Shown here: positions 1 through 8,783 of the stretch, piece after piece
How the letters are laid out: every line of letters begins with the position of its first letter
Position numbering within the stretch: the stretch's first letter is position 1
Assembly: GCA_030145595.1 (NCBI GenBank)
Contig: JAQYVG010000001.1
Location: forward strand, 1 to 32,483
Source of the DNA: Desulfobacterales bacterium
GTDB lineage: Bacteria > Desulfobacterota > Desulfobacteria > Desulfobacterales > UBA11574
DNA: 32,483 bases
Direction: 5' to 3'
Program-made: the position numbers and the translations under genes
Notes under the pieces: generated by a model
Database searches by the model: none
Seen by the model: only the letters and a program-made list of their open reading frames with translations
Told to the model about the DNA's origin: nothing

Positions 1-84
1 ACAATCAACAATCAACAATCAACAATCAACAATCAACAATCAACAATCAACAATCAACAATCAACAATCAACAATCAACAATCA
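1..84. repeat. Perfect heptamer tandem repeat (ACAATCA)x12, truncated by window start
   Basis: Bases 1-84 are 12 exact copies of ACAATCA. Confidence 0.97.
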
Positions 85-260
85 TGTATCATCCATCTTT
101 ATGTCAACATTAAAATGCTGTGTTCCCAAGAACCGTACCTAAGTATCTTGAAATCTTACCATAGTGCCACATAGTATCACGAGATTCAAAAGAGCAGTAG
201 CTTTTAGTGCTGTACGGCATTCATGTCCTGAATATTTTTGAAGAATATGAACGCTTTTCA

Positions 261-308
261 GCACAACATATAGTGCTTACTCCGTATGCGATCATCTATA
301 TATTGTTA
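261..308. promoter_or_regulatory. Tandem NrdR-box-like palindromes upstream of aprBA
   Basis: GCACAACATATAGTGC (261-276) and CATCTATATATTGTTA (293-308); starts 32 bp apart; core C-W-A-Y-A-T-A-T-W-G matches NrdR consensus acaCwAtATaTwGtgt. Confidence 0.5.
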
Positions 309-366
309 GCGGCCAATATGCATTTAAACACCCTAATATTTACGAACCAGGTTCGTCCAAAAGTTC

Positions 367-395
367 TTGACAAGCATAATGTTAATTGGTATTTA
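367..395 (+). promoter_or_regulatory. Putative sigma70 promoter of aprBA
   Basis: TTGACA (367-372), 17-bp spacer ending TGG, then TATTTA (390-395); -10 is imperfect. Confidence 0.45.
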
Positions 396-661
396 AATCC
401 TTTGGCTTTTCATGGGCAAGCTATCTTCTTGATATTAAAGAATATATTTATGGAAATTTTGGTCGCGACGTTTCGTGACATAAATAAAACCGGATAGGAT
501 TTTTTTGTTTATCTGTAAAAAAAAATTAGACGGCCTAAAAGTTGCTTCTTTGGGCACATTTATGAAGGGAGGTGCAGAAAACTCGGAAGTTGTACCGTAA
601 AGTTTTTTTAGAGGTTAAAATACCGAAATCTTTTACAAAGCAAAATCAGGAGGTATACTAA

Positions 662-1099
662 ATGCCAAGTTTTGTAATTACTGAAAAATGTGACGGCTGC
701 AAAGGTGGAGACAAAACCGCCTGCATGTACATTTGCCCCAACGACCTGATGGTTCTGGAGCCCAATTCGATGTTGGCCTACAATCAGGAACCGGATCAGT
801 GCTGGGAATGTTTCTCATGCGTCAAGATCTGCCCCACCCAGGCAATTGAAGTAAGGGGTTATGCTGACTTTGTGCCGCTTGGAAGCAGCATTATGCCCAT
901 GCTGGGAACCGAGGATGTTATGTGGACCTGTAAGTTCAGAAACGGCACCATCAAGCGCTTTAAGTTCCCCATCCGGACCACCCCGGAAGGCGCCGCCAAT
1001 GCTTACGCAGATCTGAAAGGCAAGGACCTTGACAGCGAACTGCTTGCCACCGAAGAGGCCGACGGTTACGTTATGCTCACACCGATAGCAACCGTTTAA
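662..1099 (+). CDS. aprB: Dissimilatory adenylylsulfate reductase beta subunit
   Basis: MPSFVITEKCDGCKG start; two ferredoxin-type Cys motifs (CDGC..CMYICP, CWECFSCVKICP); KRFKFPIRTTPEG; SD AGGAGGT at 648-654. Confidence 0.98.
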   Translation: MPSFVITEKCDGCKGGDKTACMYICPNDLMVLEPNSMLAYNQEPDQCWECFSCVKICPTQAIEVRGYADFVPLGSSIMPMLGTEDVMWTCKFRNGTIKRFKFPIRTTPEGAANAYADLKGKDLDSELLATEEADGYVMLTPIATV

Positions 1100-1165
1100 G
1101 CAGATTAATGATTTTAAAAGATTCAGCAAACTGAACAACTACGATATTAGCTAAAGGAGGATAGC

Positions 1166-3154
1166 ATGGCATTACCGAATAAACCTTTAGGTGAACTCAA
1201 AGCCGTCAAGGACCCGGAAGTGGAAGAGCTCGAAGTTGATTATTTGATTGTCGGCGGCGGCATGGCTGCCACGGGAACGGCTTTCGAGATTAAAAAATGG
1301 GCGAAGGAAGACGCCAAGATTCTGCTGGTGGACAAAGCTTCTTTAGAGCGCAGCGGTGCTGTGGCCCAGGGACTTTCCGCCATCAATACTTACATTGGAA
1401 CCGCACAGGGCGACAATACACCGGATGACTATGTCCGCATGGTCCGCAACGACCTGATGGGCATCGTCCGTGAAGACCTTATTTTTGACTTGGGTAATCA
1501 CGTGGACGACTCGGTCTATCTGTTTGAAGAGTGGGGTCTGCCGATTTGGAAGATGTCGGATGACGGCAAGAAACTGGACGGTAAAAAGGGTATGAAGGTG
1601 GGGACATTGAAGAGCGGCGCCACCCCCGTACGTACCGGAAAATGGCAGATCATGATCAACGGCGAGTCCTATAAACGCATTGTGGCCGAAGCTGCCAAGC
1701 TGGCTCTCGGCGAAGACAATATCCTGGAGCGTGTGTTTATAGTCGAGCTGCTTCTGGACGCCAATGAAGAGAACCGCATCGCCGGTGCGGTCGGCTTTTC
1801 CGTACGTGAAAACAAAGTTTACATCATCAAATGCAACACCATGATGGTCGCCTGCGGCGGCGCCGTCAACATCTATCAGCCCCGCAGCGTCGGTGAAGGT
1901 AAAGGCCGCGCCTGGTATCCGATCTGGAATGCCGGATCCACCTATACCATGTGCATGAAAGTCGGTGCCGAGCTGACCATGATGGAAAACCGTTTCACCC
2001 CGTCACGCTATAAAGACGGTTATGGTCCGGTAGGGGCCTGGTTCTTGCTGTTCAAGGCCAAAACCCTCAACGGGCTGGGCGAAGGTTACGTGGGCAGTGA
2101 AGCGGCCCAAGCCGAACTTCAGAAATACGCACCTTACGGAACCGCCGCCATCACCCCGACCTGCCTGCGGAACCACCTGATGATTTTTGAGATGAAAGAA
2201 GGCCGCGGTCCCATTATGATGGATACGGTCAATGCGCTGAAGACCATGGGTGAAAAACTTGACAAGCGCGAGATGAAGGCCCTCGAATCCGAGGCCTGGG
2301 AAAACTTCCTCGACATGACTTGTGGTCAGGCCAACCTGTGGTGCGGTACCAACACCGAGCCCGCCGTGAAGAATTCGGAAATTATGCCCACCGAGCCCTA
2401 CCTGCTCGGATCTCACTCCGGCTGCTGCGGCCTGTGGGTATCAGGACCCGATTTTGACTGGGTACCCGAAGAATACAAAATCCGCTACAAAGAAAAAGTG
2501 TACAACCGTATGACCACGGTCAACGGACTGTTCACCTCCGGTGACGGTGTGGGCGCATCCGGTCACAAGTTCTCCTCCGGTTCCCATGCCGAAGGGCGGC
2601 AGTGCGCCAAGTCCATGGCCAGATTCGTGCGCGACAATGCCGACTTCAAACCGGCCATCAGCCAGTCCAACGAAGAACTGGTGGATCTGGTTTACAAACC
2701 GGTCAGGTTGTTCCTTGAGCATTGCGACTACACCACCGCCATCGATATCAACCCCAATTATCTCAAACCCGAGGGGATGACCTATCGGCTCATGAAAGCC
2801 GCCCACGAGTACGGCGCCGGTACGGCGACCTACTACCAGACCAGCAGCAAAAGCTTAGAGATGGTCATGGAAATGCTGCAGCTGATGCATGAAGACTGCG
2901 AAAAACTGGCGGCCGGTGATCTGCACGAACTGATGCGGGCCTGGGAAATCGAGCACCGTATCTGGACGCTCGAGTCTCATCTGCGCCACATCCAGTTCCG
3001 TAAAGAGACCCGTTATCCCGGATTCTACTATCAGTCCGACTATCCGGGAGTGGATGACGAAAACTGGTTCTGCTTTGTAAACTCCAAGTATGACCCCAAA
3101 GCAAAATCCTGGGATATCTTCAAGAAAGACTACATCCAGATTATCCCTGATTAG
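1166..3154 (+). CDS. aprA: Dissimilatory adenylylsulfate reductase alpha subunit (FAD)
   Basis: FAD motif IVGGGMAA; ERSGAVAQGLSAINTY; GKWQIMINGESYK; GHKFSSGSHAEGR; follows aprB. Confidence 0.98.
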   Translation: MALPNKPLGELKAVKDPEVEELEVDYLIVGGGMAATGTAFEIKKWAKEDAKILLVDKASLERSGAVAQGLSAINTYIGTAQGDNTPDDYVRMVRNDLMGIVREDLIFDLGNHVDDSVYLFEEWGLPIWKMSDDGKKLDGKKGMKVGTLKSGATPVRTGKWQIMINGESYKRIVAEAAKLALGEDNILERVFIVELLLDANEENRIAGAVGFSVRENKVYIIKCNTMMVACGGAVNIYQPRSVGEGKGRAWYPIWNAGSTYTMCMKVGAELTMMENRFTPSRYKDGYGPVGAWFLLFKAKTLNGLGEGYVGSEAAQAELQKYAPYGTAAITPTCLRNHLMIFEMKEGRGPIMMDTVNALKTMGEKLDKREMKALESEAWENFLDMTCGQANLWCGTNTEPAVKNSEIMPTEPYLLGSHSGCCGLWVSGPDFDWVPEEYKIRYKEKVYNRMTTVNGLFTSGDGVGASGHKFSSGSHAEGRQCAKSMARFVRDNADFKPAISQSNEELVDLVYKPVRLFLEHCDYTTAIDINPNYLKPEGMTYRLMKAAHEYGAGTATYYQTSSKSLEMVMEMLQLMHEDCEKLAAGDLHELMRAWEIEHRIWTLESHLRHIQFRKETRYPGFYYQSDYPGVDDENWFCFVNSKYDPKAKSWDIFKKDYIQIIPD

Positions 3155-3184
3155 TAATCGATCGGCTGCGATTTAGCCGGATAT

Positions 3185-3218
3185 ACCTCCAGGTGCCGCC
3201 AGGCACCTGGAGGTTTTT
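3185..3218 (+). terminator. Intrinsic terminator/stabilising hairpin after aprA
   Basis: Perfect 13-bp stem ACCTCCAGGTGCC / GGCACCTGGAGGT, GCCA loop, followed by T run. Confidence 0.85.
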
Positions 3219-3270
3219 ATTATGGAACCGCTATTAATCAATTGAAATTAACAATGCACGGAGGGATAGC

Positions 3271-4548
3271 ATGACAGAAGACAAAACAGCTCCTGCTAAT
3301 GGAAGCATTTTGGTTGTTGGAGGAGGGATCAGCGGGTTGACCACGGCCCTTGAAGCCGCCGAAGTGGGGTACGAGGTGTTTTTGGTCGAAAAAAACCCTT
3401 ACCTGGGCGGCAGAGTGGCACAGTTGAATCAATATTTTCCCAAGCTATGCCCTCCATCCTGCGGCCTGGAGATCAATTTTAGAAGAATCAAAGACAATCC
3501 TAAAATAACCGTCTTGACCCAGGGAGAAGTCGAAAAGATCGAGGGAACACCCGGCAGCTATGACGTTACTGTAGCGCTGAGCCCCAGGCTGGTTAACGCC
3601 AACTGCACGGCATGCAACGATTGCGTCGAAGCCTGCCCGGTGGAAAGAGATAATGAGTATAATTTTAACATGGACAAAACCAAAGCTATTTATCGACCTT
3701 TTGAAATGGCCTTTCCCATGCGCTATGCCATCGATGCGGCGGCCTGCAAAGGATCGGAATGCGGCGAATGCGCCAAGGTGTGCAAGTACGACGCCATCGA
3801 TCTGGATATGGCGGCCCAAACGCAGAACTTAAAGGTGGGAGCCGTTGTGTGGGCGACCGGATGGGAACCTTATGATGCCGCCAAAATAGACAACCTGGGG
3901 TTCGGCCAGTACCCGAACGTCATCACCAACATGATGATGGAGCGGCTGGCGGCGCCCAACGGACCGACCAAAGGAAAAATAACCCGACCGTCGGACGACA
4001 AGGAGCCCGCAAGTGTCGCCTTTGTTCAGTGCGCCGGGTCCCGCGACGAAAATTACCTTCCCTATTGTTCCTATATCTGCTGCATGGCCTCTCTGAAACA
4101 GGCCACCTACATCCGGGAACAGTATCCCGATGCCAAGGTGTATATTTTTTACATTGACGTCCGGGCACCGGGCCAGCGGTATGAAAAGTTCTATCAGAAG
4201 ATCAAAGAAGATGAGAATGTCATTTTGATCAAAGGCAAGGTCGCCGAAGTCAGCGAAGATACCGCCACCGGGAATATTACCGTGGTTGCCGAAAATGCCG
4301 TGACGGGCGAAAAGGTTTCGCAAGCCGTTGAAATGGCAGTTCTGGCCACCGGTATGCAGCCGACGGCTGCAAACGCCAAGCTGCCGGCCGATCTTACATA
4401 CAATGAAGACGGCTTTATCATCAATGATTTTGAAAAAGGCGGAATGTTTGCGGCTGGATGCGCCAACAAGCCCTCTGACGTGGTAACGTCGAATCAAAAT
4501 GCAACCGGTATGGCCCTTAAAGCGATTCAAACCCTGGTGAGGAAGTAG
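3271..4548 (+). CDS. qmoA: Quinone-interacting membrane-bound oxidoreductase subunit A (HdrA-like flavoprotein)
   Basis: VVGGGISG FAD motif, YFPKLCPPSCG, QCAGSRD..YCSYICC, ferredoxin Cys motifs; synteny after aprBA. Confidence 0.95.
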   Translation: MTEDKTAPANGSILVVGGGISGLTTALEAAEVGYEVFLVEKNPYLGGRVAQLNQYFPKLCPPSCGLEINFRRIKDNPKITVLTQGEVEKIEGTPGSYDVTVALSPRLVNANCTACNDCVEACPVERDNEYNFNMDKTKAIYRPFEMAFPMRYAIDAAACKGSECGECAKVCKYDAIDLDMAAQTQNLKVGAVVWATGWEPYDAAKIDNLGFGQYPNVITNMMMERLAAPNGPTKGKITRPSDDKEPASVAFVQCAGSRDENYLPYCSYICCMASLKQATYIREQYPDAKVYIFYIDVRAPGQRYEKFYQKIKEDENVILIKGKVAEVSEDTATGNITVVAENAVTGEKVSQAVEMAVLATGMQPTAANAKLPADLTYNEDGFIINDFEKGGMFAAGCANKPSDVVTSNQNATGMALKAIQTLVRK

Positions 4549-4558
4549 GAGGTTATCC

Positions 4559-6898
4559 ATGGATAAAAAATATGGTGTCTATATTTGCACAGGTTGCGGC
4601 ATCGGAGATGCCCTGGTAATGGAAGATCTGTGTGCCGTGCCTGAAGAAGAAGGTTTTTCCGTTAAAACCCATCCGTTTCTCTGCGGAGCCGAAGGCCTTG
4701 AACTCCTTAAAAAAGATATCGCCGATGACGGCGTCAACACACTGATGATTGCCGCCTGTTCCCGCCGGGTCAATTACGATGTCTTCAAGTTCGAAGGCTG
4801 CATTGTCGACCGGGTGAACCTGAGAGAACAGGTGGTCTGGTCCCATCCCAGATCTGAATTCCCGGCCCTTACGGAAGACCAGAAAGATGACGGTGAATCC
4901 TTCGATCGTCTGCAGATGCTGGCCGAAGATTACCTGAAGATGAGCATGGCCAAGCTTGAAAAGATCGATCTGCCGGAGCCGTACAAAGTGGAAACCCTGA
5001 GCAGAAAAATTATGGTTATCGGCGGCGGCATCACCGGTATTTCAGCGGCCCTGGATGCGGCCAAAGCCGGCTATGAGGTTACTATCGTTGAAAAAGAGTC
5101 GTCTTTGGGCGGCTATGCGGCCAAGATGCGCAAACAACTGCCCAACGAAGACCCCTATGAAAATCTTATTCCACCGGTTATTGAAAGCAAGATCAAAGAA
5201 CTGGAAGGCTATGACAATATCACCGTTAAAACCGAGACCATCGTAGCCCGTCTCGCCGGTGAACCGGGAGATTTCATTGTAACGCTGAAAAAGCCCGGTG
5301 AAAAAATCGAGTTTGACGTCCCCTTTCCGCTGCCCGAAGAGATGAAGTTCGATGAAAACGGCAAAGAGCTCGATGTTGAAGATCAGCATAAACGCTATCT
5401 GGAATACAATGAAGGCAAACTTGACATTTTGCAGTTCGATCCTGACGGTGAAAAGTTCGGAGCCGTAGTCCTGGCGGCCGGCTGGCGCCCGGATCAACCT
5501 GAGGGCGATGAATTTGCCCATTTGGGTTTCGGGGAACTGCCCGATGTCATCACCAACTGCCAGTTCGAAGAAATTGCCGCCAAGGGCAAAGTAACCAGAC
5601 CGTCGGACGGCAAAGAAGCCAAATCCGTGGCCTTTATCCAGAGTCCCGGCAAGGGGGATGACGATGCTGATTTTAAGTATTGTGGATCGGTGACCAGCCT
5701 GGTGGCCCTCAAGCAGGCCAAATATGTACGCGAAGACTACGACGACAGCAAGGCCTATATCTTTTACCAGCACATGCGTACCCCCGGCCTGACGGAAAAC
5801 TTTTACAAGAGCATCCAGCAGGACGAGGGCATCTTTCTGACCAAAGGCGACGTCATCAGCGTCTCTACAAATGGAGACGGCATGATTTTGGAAGCGGACA
5901 ATACCCTTTTGGGAGAAAAAGTCAAGGTCATCGCCGATCTGGTTGTACTGGCCACCGGTATGGTCCCGGTAACCGTTGATGACCCTGTGGTCAACATGGC
6001 GTATCGCCAGGGACCTTCGTTTCGGGAGATCGGTCTTTTCGACGGCTTTTGCGATTCAAACTATATCTGCTTCCCGTATGAAACCCAGCGAACCGGTATT
6101 TATGCGGCCGGAGGCATCCGGCGCAGCATGACCATGGAAGAGTCCATGGAAGACGCCACCGGTGCCGCCCTTAAAGCGATTCAGTGCATTGAATCGGTCA
6201 ACCGCGGCGTGTCCGTGCACCCCCGGTCCGGTGATATGACCTTCCCGGACTTCTTTTTCCAACGATGCACCCAGTGCAAGCGCTGTACCGAAGAGTGCCC
6301 TTTTGGCGCTTTAGATGATGATGAAAAGGGAACTCCCAAACCGAACCCGTCGCGCTGCCGGCGCTGCGGCACCTGCATGGGCGCTTGCCCCGAACGTATC
6401 ATCGGTTTTGCCGACTTCAACATCGACAGTGTCGGCTCCATGGTCAAGGCCATCGGTGTGCCCTCTGAAGATGATTATTACGAGCCTCCCTTTAGGATCG
6501 TGGGATTTGTGTGCGAAAACGACGCCATGCCGGCCCTTGATATCGCCGGTTTGAACAGGCTTGTCTATTCAGCCGACGTGCGCTTAATCCCGATTCGGTG
6601 TCTGGGCTCCATGAACGTTATCTGGATCAAAGACGCCCTGGCCCAGGGCCTGGACGGAGCTTTCCTGCTGGGCTGCAATCACGGCGACGATTATCAATGT
6701 CATTTTATCAAGGGCAGCGAACTTTCGGAAATCAGAGTCCAAAAGATTGGTGAGGCCTTGTCGAGCCTGGCCCTGGAAGAAGAACGGGTCGCCCAGTTCC
6801 AGGTCGCCATCGACGAATACGATAAAATTCCCAAGATGATTAATGACTTTGTGGAACAGGTAGAAGCCCTCGGCCCCAACCCGTTCAAGGGATTCTAG
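4559..6898 (+). CDS. qmoB: Qmo subunit B (HdrA-like plus C-terminal MvhD-like domain)
   Basis: VYICTGCG start, IGGGITG FAD motif, CTQCKRCTEECP/CRRCGTCMGACP, C-terminal FVCENDA..IRCLGS..GCNHGDDYQCHF MvhD-like region. Confidence 0.95.
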   Translation: MDKKYGVYICTGCGIGDALVMEDLCAVPEEEGFSVKTHPFLCGAEGLELLKKDIADDGVNTLMIAACSRRVNYDVFKFEGCIVDRVNLREQVVWSHPRSEFPALTEDQKDDGESFDRLQMLAEDYLKMSMAKLEKIDLPEPYKVETLSRKIMVIGGGITGISAALDAAKAGYEVTIVEKESSLGGYAAKMRKQLPNEDPYENLIPPVIESKIKELEGYDNITVKTETIVARLAGEPGDFIVTLKKPGEKIEFDVPFPLPEEMKFDENGKELDVEDQHKRYLEYNEGKLDILQFDPDGEKFGAVVLAAGWRPDQPEGDEFAHLGFGELPDVITNCQFEEIAAKGKVTRPSDGKEAKSVAFIQSPGKGDDDADFKYCGSVTSLVALKQAKYVREDYDDSKAYIFYQHMRTPGLTENFYKSIQQDEGIFLTKGDVISVSTNGDGMILEADNTLLGEKVKVIADLVVLATGMVPVTVDDPVVNMAYRQGPSFREIGLFDGFCDSNYICFPYETQRTGIYAAGGIRRSMTMEESMEDATGAALKAIQCIESVNRGVSVHPRSGDMTFPDFFFQRCTQCKRCTEECPFGALDDDEKGTPKPNPSRCRRCGTCMGACPERIIGFADFNIDSVGSMVKAIGVPSEDDYYEPPFRIVGFVCENDAMPALDIAGLNRLVYSADVRLIPIRCLGSMNVIWIKDALAQGLDGAFLLGCNHGDDYQCHFIKGSELSEIRVQKIGEALSSLALEEERVAQFQVAIDEYDKIPKMINDFVEQVEALGPNPFKGF

Positions 6899-7004
6899 TG
6901 ATTGATGATTTTCGATTGACGATTGTAGATTGGATAGTTGCGCCATCCGACAGGATGAAGCAACTTAATTAAGGCTTCAATCGTCAATATTCAATATTCA
7001 ATAG
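6899..7004. repeat. Inverted heptamer-array cassette between qmoB stop and qmoC SD
   Basis: Left arm TGATTGA TGATTTT CGATTGA CGATTGT AGATTGG (6899-6933); inner hairpin AGTTGC..CATCC-GACA-GGATG..GCAACT (6936-6965); right arm TCAATCG TCAATAT TCAATAT TCAATAG (6977-7004). Confidence 0.8.
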
Positions 7005-7018
7005 TAGGAGGTATTCTT

Positions 7019-8158
7019 ATGACGGATAAATACCTGATTGAGCCTGATATAAATTTTGTGAAAGAGATCATCGGGCTGGGGGGCGACACCCTGAAAAAGT
7101 GCTTTCAATGCGCAACCTGTTCGGTGGTCTGTCCTATTTCTCCGGACACCAAACCCTTTCCCAGGAAAGAGATGATTGCGGCGTCATGGGGATTAAAGGA
7201 CCGGCTGGTCGGCAATCTGGATATCTGGCTGTGCCATCACTGCGGGGATTGTACTACCAAATGCCCGCGCGGTGCCAAGCCGGGCGAAGTGCTGGGAGCT
7301 GTGCGCTCTTACGCCATCACGGAGTATGCTGCTCCCAAGGCCATCGGCAAAGCGGTCAATAACCCCAAAATGCTCCCTTTGCTTATGGGAATTCCCGTGG
7401 TGATCTTCCTGGTTCTGGGACTTATCACCGGTCTGCTCGATTTTTCACCGCCGCTGGGGGAACACGGGATCTCCCATTCTATGTTCTTTTCCACCTGGCT
7501 GGTCGATATGATTTTCGTTCCCCTGGCAGGCTGGGTTGTAATAGTTTTTGCCATGGGGCTCAAAAGATTTATCAATGATATCCATGAAAACGCCGTCCTG
7601 GAAGGCAAGACCGACAAGCAGGAGCTGGACTATGTTGGGTTAATCAAGGCGTTGTTTCGAGTTATCCCAACCATACTAAAACAGGACAAATTTTCGGAAT
7701 GCTCGGAAAACAAAGACCGGGACCTGGCTCACTGGATGGTCTTTTTATCATTTATCGGACTTTTTATCGTCACCAATGTATTTTTCGTGGCCCTTTACGG
7801 TCTGCAGCTTCACGGTCCCTATTCCCAGTTGAACCCGGTTAAATGGCTCGCTAATATCAGCGGTGTGGCCCTTGTTGTCGGTGGCATTCTGATGATCAAG
7901 AACCGTCTTTCCAAAACCGATCAGACCAGCGTTTACAAGGACTGGTACCTTTTAGGGCTTGTCCTGGGACTTGGACTTACCGGCATGCTGACCGAAATGA
8001 CGCGCCTGGCGGGTATGGCCGGTGTGACGTATGCTATGTATTTTGTCCATCTGGTGTTTGTGTTCAACCTGTTTGCATTTTTGCCGTTTTCAAAACTGGC
8101 CCACCTGGTCTACCGAACCGTGGCCATGGCATATAACGAATGGTCAGGCAGGAAATAA
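7019..8158 (+). CDS. qmoC: Qmo subunit C (ferredoxin domain plus membrane cytochrome b)
   Basis: CFQCATCSVVCP and CHHCGDCTTKCP motifs, about 6 hydrophobic segments, LPFSKLAHLVYR; synteny. Confidence 0.95.
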   Translation: MTDKYLIEPDINFVKEIIGLGGDTLKKCFQCATCSVVCPISPDTKPFPRKEMIAASWGLKDRLVGNLDIWLCHHCGDCTTKCPRGAKPGEVLGAVRSYAITEYAAPKAIGKAVNNPKMLPLLMGIPVVIFLVLGLITGLLDFSPPLGEHGISHSMFFSTWLVDMIFVPLAGWVVIVFAMGLKRFINDIHENAVLEGKTDKQELDYVGLIKALFRVIPTILKQDKFSECSENKDRDLAHWMVFLSFIGLFIVTNVFFVALYGLQLHGPYSQLNPVKWLANISGVALVVGGILMIKNRLSKTDQTSVYKDWYLLGLVLGLGLTGMLTEMTRLAGMAGVTYAMYFVHLVFVFNLFAFLPFSKLAHLVYRTVAMAYNEWSGRK

Positions 8159-8194
8159 CCACAAGCAAGCTACTAGTACCAAATTCGACCAACC

Positions 8195-8229
8195 AAGGGG
8201 ATACAGAAATGTATCCCCTTTCTTTATTT
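8195..8229 (+). terminator. Intrinsic terminator of qmoABC
   Basis: AAGGGGATACA-GAAA-TGTATCCCCTT stem-loop followed by TCTTTATTT. Confidence 0.85.
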
Positions 8230-8491
8230 CTGCCCTATTGAGTTAACTCCTCATCTTGATATTAAGCATAACAAAAATGGACAGGACATCATTTTGGAAA
8301 CAGGTCTTTATCTTATCTCAACTTAATGAAAACAGATAGTTGCAAGATGTCTGTATCGGCAGAAGTCAAAAAAAGTCCTATCTATTCTATCTACTTCTTC
8401 CACAAAACAACGCAATGACGTAATTTGATCTGGTATTTTATTCTACAAAATTTACCCTTGACTTTAGAGATATTTATTGTATTAATTTAAG

Positions 8492-8586
8492 TAATAATAT
8501 CAAAACGTTTACTTGGCATCTTCCAGCACCTCCTTCCCTAATGGGAAGTGGTGGCTCCTGTTGCTAGCTGCCACTTCTCTTTATTT
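8492..8586 (+). ncRNA. Candidate small RNA or attenuator with anti-SD motif (ends approximate)
   Basis: Upstream TTGACT (8458-8463) with AT-rich -10 region near 8480; CACCTCCTT anti-SD at 8527-8535; 14-bp terminator-like stem (3 G-U pairs) 8543-8556/8566-8579 followed by TTTATTT. Confidence 0.45.
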
Positions 8587-8783
8587 GATGAATAGATTTA
8601 CTAAAATCTTGAAATATTATAATACAAATTTGTCTAAAACAAGACAGCCAAAACTACCGCAGAAAGAAACAATGGCGGGCATCCTGCAGAATGTTGTGTG
8701 AATACTTCAAAAGAAAACCTAATTTGTACCGGTTTAATAGTGTGAATCGATATGAGAGTATCAAATGATAATGGTGGTGCTTG

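Noticed and set aside
207-497. 96-aa ORF upstream of aprB
   Set aside because: GTG start without SD, AT-rich, no recognisable motif, and it overlaps the predicted promoter and operators
465-640. Rex boxes upstream of aprBA (also sought upstream of sat)
   Set aside because: Only half-sites or weak matches to TTGTGAA-N4-TTCACAA (e.g. TACCGAA-ATCT-TTTACAA at 621-638, 10/14); not convincing
815-7617. Numerous antisense or alternate-frame ORFs within apr and qmo genes
   Set aside because: Shadow ORFs produced by the codon bias of well-supported genes
8513-8701. 62-aa ORF with hydrophobic patch (possible type I toxin)
   Set aside because: TTG start with no SD, runs through a terminator-like stem, and the hydrophobic stretch is short; a non-coding interpretation fits better
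8630-8710. Possible c-di-GMP riboswitch before the signalling genes
   Set aside because: No GEMM-type consensus elements recognisable
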